Source: an uncultured Gemmatimonadaceae bacterium
GTDB lineage: Bacteria > Gemmatimonadota > Gemmatimonadetes > Gemmatimonadales > GWC2-71-9
Reading direction: 5' to 3'
Assembly: GCA_964642475.1 (NCBI GenBank)
Contig: CAZXRC010000003.1
Coordinates: forward strand, 46,393-110,392
DNA length: 64,000 nt
The notes under the pieces are model-generated. The model was given only the letters and a program-made list of their open reading frames with translations. It was not told where the DNA came from and searched no databases. This document shows, one piece after another, positions 19,201-30,908 of the stretch; positions within the stretch are counted from its first letter, which is position 1; the number at the start of each line of letters is the position of its first letter. Position numbers and translations under genes: made by a program.

Positions 19201-19886
19201 GGGACCTTGCGTCCCCGGGCCGGATCGAGGGTGTAGCCGGCGCCACGCACCGTGTGAATCAGGGGGACCAGGCCGGGCCGGTCGATCTTCCGCCGGAGCC
19301 GGGAGACGTAGACGTCGATGATGTTGGAGAACGGATCGTAATTCTCGTCCCACACCGCCGCGCTGATGGTCGCCCGGCCGCAGACCCGGCCGGGGTGCCG
19401 GATGAGGTACTCGAGCAGGGCGTACTCGGTGGTGGTCAGCTCGATGGGCCTGCCGGCCCGGGTGGCGCTCCGGCTGGCGGGGTCGACCACGAGGTCCTCC
19501 GCCGTCAGCACCACCGGCTGGGCGCCCGGCTGTCGGCGCTGGAGGGCCCGCAGGCGCGCCAGCAGCTCGTCGAACGCGAACGGCTTCACCAGGTAGTCGT
19601 CGGCCCCGCTGTCGAGGCCCTTCACACGGTCTTCCACCGAGTCCCGCGCGGTCAGCATCAGGATGGGTGTCGGGATCCGCCGCCGGCGCAGCTCGTCGGC
19701 CAGGGTGAACCCCGAGCCGTCCGGCAGGTTCACGTCGAGAATCACGGCGTCATAGTCGTCCAGCGCCAGTTTCTCCCGCGCCACCGAGAGGCGGTCCGCC
19801 TGGTCCACCGCGTGCGCGGCCAGTCGGAGCCCACGGGCGATGGAGTCGGCCAGGCGGGCCTCGTCTTCTACCAGGAGCAGGCGCAC
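19197..19886 (-). CDS. OmpR/PhoB-family response regulator
   Basis: REC domain (MRLLLVEDE...DAVILDVNLPDGSG...KPF) plus a winged-helix output domain (...IDVYVSRLRRKID...IHTVRGAGY). Confidence 0.92.
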   Translation of the reverse strand: MRLLLVEDEARLADSIARGLRLAAHAVDQADRLSVAREKLALDDYDAVILDVNLPDGSGFTLADELRRRRIPTPILMLTARDSVEDRVKGLDSGADDYLVKPFAFDELLARLRALQRRQPGAQPVVLTAEDLVVDPASRSATRAGRPIELTTTEYALLEYLIRHPGRVCGRATISAAVWDENYDPFSNIIDVYVSRLRRKIDRPGLVPLIHTVRGAGYTLDPARGRKVP

Positions 19887-19898
19887 GATCGCTCCCGG

Positions 19899-20390
19899 TC
19901 AGTCGTCGTCATCCCGCCCTGGTTCGGCGGGAGGCGCGACGGCGGTGGCTTCGGAACGGATCTCGTCGTGCCGGATCGGGCCACCCAGCAGCGCGGTCCA
20001 GCCCAGGAGCCCGGCGCTCAGGACCAGCCCGGCCAGGGTGACGCCGCCGACGGCGAACCCGGGCTTCCGATCGCCCCGCGTCTGCCAGAGTCCGAAGGCC
20101 GCCAGCCCGCCGGTGACCAGCACCGCGATCAGGGCCGCCTCGGCCCGCTCCTCGTGCTGGTGGATCAGGCGCTCGCGGGCCCAGCCGGTGTCCTCAACGC
20201 TCTCCTCCGCCGGCTCGCCGGTGAGGAAGACAGGATAGGTCAGCGCCGCCAGGACGACGGCGCCGCCCAGCGCCGCACGGTAGATCTCCCGCGAACGGCG
20301 GAGAAGGGCCCACCCCAGCAGCGCGGCCACCAGGGGCACCCCCACGACGGGGAGGTGGTTGAGCATGAGGTGCAGATGGGCGGGATTCAT
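19899..20390 (-). CDS. Small integral membrane protein (DUF2231-like N-terminal HxxLxHLPV motif)
   Basis: 163 aa with four predicted hydrophobic helices. It is the first gene of the membrane protein/RR/HK unit. Confidence 0.7.
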   Translation of the reverse strand: MNPAHLHLMLNHLPVVGVPLVAALLGWALLRRSREIYRAALGGAVVLAALTYPVFLTGEPAEESVEDTGWARERLIHQHEERAEAALIAVLVTGGLAAFGLWQTRGDRKPGFAVGGVTLAGLVLSAGLLGWTALLGGPIRHDEIRSEATAVAPPAEPGRDDDD

Positions 20391-20434
20391 CGCCGGGCTC
20401 CGGGTTCAGGATGGGGCCCAAGCTATGGAGCGGT

Positions 20435-20452
20435 GATGAACTGGCGATGAAC
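20435..20452 (-). promoter_or_regulatory. Direct repeat GTTCATC-N4-GTTCATC (11-bp period), candidate OmpR-family binding site
   Basis: The minus strand reads TGTTCATCGCCAGTTCATCAC, 45-62 nt upstream of the ATG at 20390. The downstream operon encodes an OmpR-type regulator. Confidence 0.35.
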
Positions 20453-20464
20453 AACGGGGAGGGG

Positions 20465-20498
20465 CAAACGAAAGCGGGGGCTCACGTCGAGCCCCCGC
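20465..20498 (-). terminator. Intrinsic terminator downstream of the PBP4 gene
   Basis: The minus strand reads GCGGGGGCTC-GACGT-GAGCCCCCGC followed by TTTCGTTTG. That is a 10-bp perfect stem with a T-rich tail. Confidence 0.7.
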
Positions 20499-20519
20499 AG
20501 GTTCATGCCGGATCAGGTA

Positions 20520-22052
20520 TCAGTTGCCGACCGGATCACCGCCCAGGGGCGTTTCCGGAACCTCGGGCTCTCCCGGCTCCTCGCCGGCATCGGGGGTGTC
20601 TTCGGTGGGGATGGTGACTCCCTCGGCGCCGAGCAGCCGGAACACCTGCCACTGGTGCCGCTTGGCGGACTTGGAGCGCGGGCCGTTATACATCAGACTG
20701 ACCAGGAACATCCCGTCCCTGCGACCCAGATAGCCCACCAGCGTGGAAACCCCGCTCAGGGTGCCGGTCTTCGCGCGTACCACGCCCAGGTCGGGGAGGC
20801 CGGAGGCGAGACGAGCCAGGGTGCCCTGCCCGTTGGCCGGCAGCAGGTAGGGGAAGTTCTTCCCGGCGGGAGTCAACTGCACGTTGGCCATGTAGGAGAT
20901 GAAGGTCGCGGGGGTCACCCGATCCTCGTGCGACATCCCGCTGCCGTCCACCAGCTTTACGCCCCCGGCGACGCCCGCCACCTGCTGCACGTGCTCGGTC
21001 AGGAGCTCGGGGCCGCGATCGCTGCCGGCGGCCCAGCGGAGCAGCAGCTCGGCGCCGATGTTCAGGCTCCGGCGATTGATCTCGAGCGCCACGGAGTCGA
21101 ACGGCGCCGACTCGATCTCGGCCAGCACCTCGGTGGCGTCGTTCTCGACCGTGATGGCGGGCGGGGTACGGTCCCAGGCAATGCCCTGCTGCTGCAGGGC
21201 GCGGGCCCAGGCCGCCGCCAGCACCGCCTTGGTATCGGAGGCGGTGGAGACCAGCCGCCGGGTGCCGGCGTTCACGCCCACCGATCCGGTGACCAGGTAG
21301 CCGCCGTCCGCCATGCGGCGGATCCGCAGCGCCGAGCGGCGGCCGCCCACGGTGGTGGCGTGCACGTTGACCAGGGCGTCGAGCCCATCCGGCGAGGTCG
21401 ACACCAGCCGGGCCCGGGCGCCTGGACGCTGGCCCGGCTGGACGTAAAGCATGATCAGGTTCTCGTGCAGCGTCAGCGACCCGATCAGCGGGGCGTAGAT
21501 GCTGCCACGGTTGCCGGCGCGCCACACATCGGGGAAGCTGGCTTCCGCGGGCAGGCCGTCGGCGGTCACCACGGTGAGCGGGCCATGCAGGCGCCGGACA
21601 CCCTTGTCGTAGAGCTGGAGAGCCAGATCGGCCAGCCGAGGCCCGCGTCCATCGGGGGACTCGAGCGTCGGATCGCCATTGAGCTCGAGTGCCCACTTGC
21701 CGTTCCAGTCGCCCGTGCCCTCGTCGACCATGCCAAAACCGACCACCCGGGTGGTGCGGCGGGCCTCGCCGCCCACGATGGAGCGGGCAAAGCCGGTGGT
21801 AAGCAGCTTGACGGTGGAGGCGGGGATCAGCTCGCGATCGGGATTGATGCTCCACAGCATCTGGCCGTTCTGATCGGCGACGGCGATGCCCCAGGTGCCA
21901 TTGGCGCTGCGCCGGGCGGTGCGATACCAACGATCGAGCTTGAGCTTGAGGTCTTTCGGGAGTTCCTGCCCAGCAAGACGCGCCGGACGGCCCCCGCCGA
22001 GCGAAGCGGCGACGAGGAAGCCGAAGAGGACGCGGTTGGTGACGTGGCGCAC
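20520..22052 (-). CDS. dacB: D-alanyl-D-alanine carboxypeptidase/endopeptidase (PBP4, peptidase S13)
   Basis: SxxK motif (ASTVK) and KTG motif (AKTGTL). The proposed GTG start at 22052 gives the signal peptide VRHVTNRVLFGFLVAASLGG. The start is uncertain; the ORF extends to 22160. Confidence 0.85.
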   Translation of the reverse strand: MRHVTNRVLFGFLVAASLGGGRPARLAGQELPKDLKLKLDRWYRTARRSANGTWGIAVADQNGQMLWSINPDRELIPASTVKLLTTGFARSIVGGEARRTTRVVGFGMVDEGTGDWNGKWALELNGDPTLESPDGRGPRLADLALQLYDKGVRRLHGPLTVVTADGLPAEASFPDVWRAGNRGSIYAPLIGSLTLHENLIMLYVQPGQRPGARARLVSTSPDGLDALVNVHATTVGGRRSALRIRRMADGGYLVTGSVGVNAGTRRLVSTASDTKAVLAAAWARALQQQGIAWDRTPPAITVENDATEVLAEIESAPFDSVALEINRRSLNIGAELLLRWAAGSDRGPELLTEHVQQVAGVAGGVKLVDGSGMSHEDRVTPATFISYMANVQLTPAGKNFPYLLPANGQGTLARLASGLPDLGVVRAKTGTLSGVSTLVGYLGRRDGMFLVSLMYNGPRSKSAKRHQWQVFRLLGAEGVTIPTEDTPDAGEEPGEPEVPETPLGGDPVGN

Positions 22053-22226
22053 AATCGCTCCAGACGACGGAGGTGAAACCAGGGATCCGGGCGACTTGCC
22101 CAATCGGCCGGGCTTGCCGCATGGACCGAGAAGCAACCAGCGGCCCGGGGTCTCGGTCAAGTAACGACTTTGCTTGCGGTTACCCCGTAATACGCCGCTG
22201 CGGGGCCGGGATTCTCACGGGAGTAG

Positions 22227-22242
22227 TGCAACCGGCGTTCCA
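22227..22242 (-). promoter_or_regulatory. Sigma-54-type -24/-12 promoter candidate (TGGAAC-N5-TTGCA)
   Basis: The minus strand reads TGGAACGCCGGTTGCA with canonical GG/GC spacing. It is intergenic, about 175 nt upstream of the PBP4 start. Confidence 0.3.
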
Positions 22243-22339
22243 AGGGTACGGGGACAAGGGCTGGTCGGTAAGATGGCGTTCCGACCTGCAACGGAGTCCG
22301 GGCGCCCGCGTCTCGAGTCGAGAGATCGAGCGTCGACCC

Positions 22340-23500
22340 CTACTTCAGCAGGTTCTTGGCGATGGTCGAGAGCTGCATGTTGCTGGTGCCCTCGTAGATC
22401 GTGCCGATCTTGGCGTCGCGATAGAACTTCTCCGCCGGGTACTCCTTGGAATAGCCGTAGCCGCCGAACAGCTCCAGGCATCGGCTGGTGGTGCGATCGG
22501 CCATCTGCGAGCTGTAGAGCTTGGCCATCGCCGCCTCACGGGAGAACGGCAGGCCGCTGTCCTTGAGCCGGGCGGTGTTGTAGACCAGCAGCCGGGCGGC
22601 CTCGAGTTCGGTCGCCATCTGGGCCAGCTGGAACTGCACCCCCTGGAAATCGGCGATCGGCTTGCCGAACTGCTTCCGCTCCTTCACGTAGCTCACCGCC
22701 GCCTCGAGGGCCCCGGTCGCGACGCCCAGCATCTGGGCCCCGATCCCGATCCGCCCCTCGTTGAGCGTCTCGATCGCGATCTTGTAGCCCTGGCCCACCG
22801 GGCCGAGGACGTTGGCCTTCGGGACCTTGCAGCTTTCGAGGATCAGCTCGGTGGTGCTCGACGCCCGGATGCCCAGTTTGTTCTCCTTCTTGCCGACGCT
22901 GAAACCGGGGAAATCGCGCTCCACCAGGAAGGCGGTGATGCCCTTGTAGCCCTTGCTGAAGTCGGCGTTGGCGAAAATCAGGAAGACGCCTGCCTCTCCG
23001 CCGTTGGTGATCCAGAACTTCCGCCCGGTCAGCTCCCAGTGTCCCCCCTTGTCCTCGGCCTTGGTCTCGAGGGCGAAGGCATCGCTGCCGCTGGCCGGCT
23101 CCGACAGGGCGAACGCGCCCAGTAGCCCGGCGGTCATGCGGGGGAACAGCGCGGCCTTCTGCTCGGGGCTGCCCCAGCGGAGCAGGGCATTGTTGACCAG
23201 GGTGTTGTGGACGTCGACGTAGATCGCCGCCGAGGCGTCGACCCGGGCCAGCTCCTCGATGGCGAGAGTGGCGAGGAAGATCGTGCCGCCGGCCCCGCCA
23301 TACTGCTCCGGCACCTCGATGCCCATGAGCCCCAGGTCAAAGAACTTCTGGATCAGCTCCGGCTTGAACCGGGCCGCCTCGTCCATCTCGTGGACATGGG
23401 GCTTGATCTCGGTTTCGGCGAACTCACGCACCGTGGCGCGGAAGAGCTCTTCCTCTTCGGAGAGCTGAGTGAGCGGCACGGGGGTCAGGGTCTCGGGCAT
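22340..23500 (-). CDS. Acyl-CoA dehydrogenase (short/branched-chain type)
   Basis: 386 aa with typical ACAD motifs (ALSEPASGSD, KFWITNG, GGYGYSKEYPAEKFYRDAKI..IYEGT). Confidence 0.92.
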   Translation of the reverse strand: MPETLTPVPLTQLSEEEELFRATVREFAETEIKPHVHEMDEAARFKPELIQKFFDLGLMGIEVPEQYGGAGGTIFLATLAIEELARVDASAAIYVDVHNTLVNNALLRWGSPEQKAALFPRMTAGLLGAFALSEPASGSDAFALETKAEDKGGHWELTGRKFWITNGGEAGVFLIFANADFSKGYKGITAFLVERDFPGFSVGKKENKLGIRASSTTELILESCKVPKANVLGPVGQGYKIAIETLNEGRIGIGAQMLGVATGALEAAVSYVKERKQFGKPIADFQGVQFQLAQMATELEAARLLVYNTARLKDSGLPFSREAAMAKLYSSQMADRTTSRCLELFGGYGYSKEYPAEKFYRDAKIGTIYEGTSNMQLSTIAKNLLK

Positions 23501-23595
23501 AAGCTCCTCGGGTCGAGCCGAGAAGTTAACCCAGCCGCGCGCCGACGGTACAGCCTCCCGGCGGGCGCTTGGGGGCGGACATCAGGCATGGGGCC

Positions 23596-25446
23596 CTACG
23601 TCGAGGGAGGTGTCACCACCGCGCGAATCACGTCCAGCGCCACGCTGGCCCGCCCCATGGGGGCGGCGACCTGCACACCCCGGACCCTGGTCTTCACCGC
23701 GGTGACCATCTCGCGGGCGATCCGCACCCCCTCCGCCAGCCCCTCCTCCTTGCCTCTGGCCGAGGCGGCGCGCATCCGGTCAAGGATCGCCTGCGGTACC
23801 GTCACGCCCGGCACTTCGTTGGCCAGGAACTCGGCGTTGCGCAGGGACACCAGTGGCCAGATCCCGGCAATGATCGGCAGCTTGAGATGGGCGGTCCGCT
23901 CCAGGAACCGGTCCAGCTGATCCAGGTCGAACACCGGCTGGGTCATGGCGAACTCGGCCCCGGCTTCCACCTTCCAGGTGAAGCGGCGAAGCTCCCGGTC
24001 CGGATCGGGTGAGGCCGGGTTCACTCCCACGCCGAGCACGAAGCTGGTCTTGCCGCCGAGCGCGTTGCCGCCGGGGTCGAGACCGCGATTGAGGCGGTGC
24101 ACCAGGTTGGTCAGCCCGATGCTGTCGATGTCGAACACCGCGGTCGCGTCGGGATAGGGCCCCATCTTGGGCGGATCGCCCGTGACGATCAGCAGGTTCC
24201 GGATCCCGCTGGCCGCCGCGCCCAGGAGGTCGGACAGCATGCCAAGGAGATTCCGGTCGCGGCAGGCATAGTGCACCACCGGCTCGAGACCGACCTCCCG
24301 CTGGATCAAGAGCCCGGAGAGCAGCGCGCCCATCCGGCTCTGGGCCCGGGGGCCGTCGGGGACGTTCACCGCGTCCACCCCGGCTGCCTTGAGCTCCCGC
24401 ACCTGGTCGAACATCGGGCGGGGGTCCACGCCCTTGGGCGGCACGATCTCGACCGAGGTCACGAATTCGCCCCGCGCCAGCTTGGCCCCGAAGTGGGAGC
24501 GCTCCGCCAGCGGCACCGGGTCGGCCATGGTCACCAGCGACGGCACCGCGGTATAGCTCGCGCCGTGGCGCGGCGCCACGCTCTTCACGAACCCGGTGAG
24601 CGCCTTGATGTGCTCGGGAGTGGTGCCGCAGCACCCGCCGATGAACCGGGCCCCAGCCTCCACGATCCGGCGGCCGAACTCCGCCATGTACTCGGGGCTC
24701 GCCATGTAGATCTTGCGGTCGCCCACGTCGCGGGGCAGACCGGCGTTGGGCTGGGCCGAGATCGGGACCGTCACGACCCGGGCCAGCTGCTCCACCACCT
24801 CGAGCACTCCGTGCGGTCCGACGGAGCAGTTCACGCCCACCACGTCGGCGCCCATGAGTTGCAGCGCCGGGCCGAAGGTCGCGGGCTCGGTGCCGTAGTA
24901 GGTCTTGCCGTCGGTGCCGACGGTCATCTGCGCGATGATGGGAAGGTCGCTGCGGCTGCGCACCGCGTCGATCGCCGCGTGGATCTCCTCGACGTCGCTG
25001 AAGGTCTCGAGGATGAACCCGTCGACACCGCCCTCGAGGAGGCCGTCGACCTGGCGGGCGAAGGCGGCGCAGGCTTCCTCCCGTGAGGTCTCGCCGAAGG
25101 GCTCGATCCGGATGCCGAGCGGACCGATGGCGCCCGCCACCGCCGCCTTGCCGGTCGCCGCCTCGCGGGCGAGACGGGCCGCCGCGGCGTTGATCTTCTC
25201 GGTGTCCCCCGCCAGGCCGTGGGTGGCGAGCTTCACCGGGTTGGCCCCGAAGGTATTGGTCTCCAGCAGCTCCGCGCCCGCCTTCACATACTCGCGGTGG
25301 ATGTCGCGAATGAGGTCGGGCTGCTTGAGAGCCAGCTCGTCGTAGCAGACGTTGAGGAACACGCCCCGGGCGTAGAGCATGGTGCCCATGGCGCCGTCGA
25401 AGACGTGGGTCCGGCCATCCTTGATGAGTTCGCTGAGTGTCGGCAT
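23596..25446 (-). CDS. yitJ: Bifunctional homocysteine S-methyltransferase / 5,10-methylenetetrahydrofolate reductase (YitJ-like fusion)
   Basis: N-terminal Hcy-binding domain (FDGAMGTMLY, zinc site [10 protein letters not shown]) fused to a C-terminal MTHFR domain. At 616 aa it has the same architecture as B. subtilis YitJ. Confidence 0.88.
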   Translation of the reverse strand: MPTLSELIKDGRTHVFDGAMGTMLYARGVFLNVCYDELALKQPDLIRDIHREYVKAGAELLETNTFGANPVKLATHGLAGDTEKINAAAARLAREAATGKAAVAGAIGPLGIRIEPFGETSREEACAAFARQVDGLLEGGVDGFILETFSDVEEIHAAIDAVRSRSDLPIIAQMTVGTDGKTYYGTEPATFGPALQLMGADVVGVNCSVGPHGVLEVVEQLARVVTVPISAQPNAGLPRDVGDRKIYMASPEYMAEFGRRIVEAGARFIGGCCGTTPEHIKALTGFVKSVAPRHGASYTAVPSLVTMADPVPLAERSHFGAKLARGEFVTSVEIVPPKGVDPRPMFDQVRELKAAGVDAVNVPDGPRAQSRMGALLSGLLIQREVGLEPVVHYACRDRNLLGMLSDLLGAAASGIRNLLIVTGDPPKMGPYPDATAVFDIDSIGLTNLVHRLNRGLDPGGNALGGKTSFVLGVGVNPASPDPDRELRRFTWKVEAGAEFAMTQPVFDLDQLDRFLERTAHLKLPIIAGIWPLVSLRNAEFLANEVPGVTVPQAILDRMRAASARGKEEGLAEGVRIAREMVTAVKTRVRGVQVAAPMGRASVALDVIRAVVTPPST

Positions 25447-25448
25447 TC

Positions 25449-25555
25449 AGTTCCGCGTTCCGAGTGCCGAGTGCCGAGTGGTCGCGAGGCGAACGGGGGT
25501 ATGCCGAGGTCCACCGGCACGCCAGCCCCGCTCGGAACGCGGAACCCGGAACTCG
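25449..25555. repeat. Inverted arrays of tandem heptamers (GTTCCGN/GTGCCGA) forming a long stem-loop between metH and the yitJ-like gene
   Basis: 25450-25480 reads gttccgc gttccga gtgccga gtgccga gtgg. 25531-25555 carries three GTTCCGN units on the opposite strand. There is perfect 15-bp complementarity between 25450-25464 and 25531-25545, with a 66-nt spacer. Confidence 0.8.
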
Positions 25556-25559
25556 CAGC

Positions 25560-29258
<3,699 letters not shown>

Positions 29259-29263
29259 GTTCA

Positions 29264-29386
29264 GGCCGTTGGCCGTTGGCCGTTGGCCATCGGTGTTTCG
29301 GTACAGGTTTGCGCGATCCAACTCCTGGTCGAACCCATCATCGCATCCTCTTCGCCGTCAGCTCCAACGGCCAACGGCCAATGGCC
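29264..29386. repeat. Inverted arrays of tandem GGCCGTT heptamers forming a long stem-loop in the metH leader
   Basis: (GGCCGTT)x3 at 29264-29284. The reverse complement of 29364-29386 is ggccatt ggccgtt ggccgtt gg, which matches at 22 of 23 positions. The spacer is 77 nt. The proximal arm ends 5 nt before the metH ATG. Confidence 0.8.
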
Positions 29387-29389
29387 AGT

Positions 29390-29424
29390 AAGAAACCCCC
29401 GGTTGCGCGACGGCACCCGGGGGG
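29390..29424 (-). terminator. Terminator-like hairpin downstream of the yggT/DUF167 genes
   Basis: The minus strand reads CCCCCGG-(14 nt)-CCGGGGG followed by TTTCTT. It lies about 75 nt after the DUF167 stop. Confidence 0.4.
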
Positions 29425-29499
29425 ATCGGCCGTTTTAGCACTTGTTTAACGTGGCTGCAATAGGCGCAAAGCACCACGACGTCCGTTGTGCCGCGAAAC

Positions 29500-29814
29500 C
29501 TACACCCGCACCGGACCCTCGCCAAGGCCGAACCGCCGACAGATCTCCGCCGGGCTCAGACCCGCCACCTCCACTGTCTTGCGTCTGGAGGTGGCGCCGC
29601 TGGTGATCGCGAGGGCCGATCGCGCGCAGCGCAGGGTGTCGGCCAGGAACCGGATCAGGGCCTCGTTGGCGGCGCCGTCCACCGGCGGTGCGGTGAGCCG
29701 GACCCGGAGTGCCTCCCCATGCAGTCCCTCGATCGCGTTGCGGGAGCCGCGGGGCTGGATGTGAAGCGTGAGCCGGGCTCCCCCGGCGACCGGCACCAGC
29801 CAGGCGCCCGACAT
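29500..29814 (-). CDS. DUF167 (YggU) family protein
   Basis: The C-terminal 104 aa of the 188-aa ORF, from ATG 29814. Typical pattern: L.V...PGA..N.I......L.V.L.APPVDG.AN. It overlaps the yggT stop by 1 nt. Confidence 0.8.
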   Translation of the reverse strand: MSGAWLVPVAGGARLTLHIQPRGSRNAIEGLHGEALRVRLTAPPVDGAANEALIRFLADTLRCARSALAITSGATSRRKTVEVAGLSPAEICRRFGLGEGPVRV

Positions 29815-30389
29815 CAGATCGCGCTGAGCAGGAACCAGCGGGCCAGGGACAGCATGAGGTAGGCCACGAGCGGGCTGAAATCGAAGGGACCGATCGGAGG
29901 CAGGACCTTCCGGAGGGGCTCGATGATCCAGTCGGTGAGCCCGTAGACGATCCGCATCGGCCGGGAGTAGGGCGAGATGCCGAACCAGGAGGCGATGAAC
30001 CGCACGAAGAGCGACAGGATCATCAGCGAAAAGACGCCGTTGATCGCGAAGGCGATGATGCCCCATGGCCCGGCCGCCGCGCTGGCGCCGAGGTTGACGA
30101 TGACGCCGATCAGCCAGTCGGCAAGCGCGATGAGGGCCAGCCCGCCCAGCACCGCGACCCAGAAGAAGTAGTACGGGGCTCGGGAGGGGTTGGCACCGGA
30201 GCGGAGCGCTCGCCGCTCGAGCGGTCGGACGAAGGGCTCGCCCAGCCGGCGGGCGAAGCGGGGGAGAAGGCCGAAGGGGGGCAACTTGCCGTTCTGGACC
30301 AGCCAGTGGGTGCCCGCCACCACGGCCGCCACGGCGAACAGCCCGAAGACCACCACCCGGATGGCCAGGGTCAGGTAGACCAGGATCAT
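29814..30389 (-). CDS. YggT family membrane protein
   Basis: 191 aa with multiple transmembrane helices and a YggT-type repeat organisation. It is followed by DUF167, as in many genomes. Confidence 0.8.
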   Translation of the reverse strand: MILVYLTLAIRVVVFGLFAVAAVVAGTHWLVQNGKLPPFGLLPRFARRLGEPFVRPLERRALRSGANPSRAPYYFFWVAVLGGLALIALADWLIGVIVNLGASAAAGPWGIIAFAINGVFSLMILSLFVRFIASWFGISPYSRPMRIVYGLTDWIIEPLRKVLPPIGPFDFSPLVAYLMLSLARWFLLSAI

Positions 30390-30431
30390 GAGGGAAATAT
30401 GGCGCCGCCGAGGGCGCCGTGCTGGGCGGGG

Positions 30432-30908
30432 CTAGTCGTCGTCCTTCTTGGGGGGCGGCGGCGGGACGATGGTGAAGCTCTCGGTTGCGCCGGAGGTCCG
30501 TTCGCAGGTGACGTCGAAGCGGCCCTCGTGCAGCATGGCATCCTCCAGCACCTGGCTGGTGCCACGGCAGGCCGCCACCGGGTGACCCGCGGTGTTGCGG
30601 AACCGGATGATGACCAGGGGCTCGCTCCCCTGGCGGCGGTATTCGCGGCTGAAGACCGGGGTGAGGCTGTCGATGCCCGCCTGGCGCAGGGACGCGGGGA
30701 GCTGACCCCGGTGGGAGCTGCGGTAGGCCATGATCCGGTCGATGATGTCGGAGAGCTCGCGGCCCAGGAGCTGGGCGCTCCCCTCGGGGGTTGCCTGCTC
30801 CGCGGTCGCGGCGGCCGGCTTGCGCTGCTCCCCGCCGCAGGCCAGCACCAGCAGGGTCAGGACGGCGTCGCGGGCCGCCCCGAGCCCCCTACTCCATCGC
30901 GAATTCAC
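30432..30908 (-). CDS. Hypothetical lipoprotein
   Basis: The C-terminal part of the 224-aa ORF. The proposed GTG start at 30908 gives (M)NSRWSRGLGAARDAVLTLLVLAC, a signal peptide plus lipobox. It overlaps the desaturase stop by about 20 nt. The start is uncertain. Confidence 0.5.
   Translation of the reverse strand: MNSRWSRGLGAARDAVLTLLVLACGGEQRKPAAATAEQATPEGSAQLLGRELSDIIDRIMAYRSSHRGQLPASLRQAGIDSLTPVFSREYRRQGSEPLVIIRFRNTAGHPVAACRGTSQVLEDAMLHEGRFDVTCERTSGATESFTIVPPPPPKKDDD

Noticed and set aside
19201-19353. A longer histidine-kinase start (ATG 19353).
   Set aside because: It would overlap the response-regulator gene by more than 150 nt with an Arg/Pro-rich extension. GTG 19200 gives the classic GTGA coupling and a normal N-terminal transmembrane segment.
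25449-25555. The tandem short repeats here (and at 29264, 47045, 54979 and 62661) read as a CRISPR array.
   Set aside because: The units are 7 nt with no spacers, and there are at most four copies. No cas genes are in the window. These are microsatellite-like arrays or hairpin arms, not CRISPR.
29259-29321. A 21-codon N-terminal extension of metH ([21 protein letters not shown]).
   Set aside because: The extension consists largely of the translated GGCCGTT repeat, and MetH homologs begin about 15-20 aa before the LxLDGAMGT motif. ATG 29258 fits this; 29321 does not.
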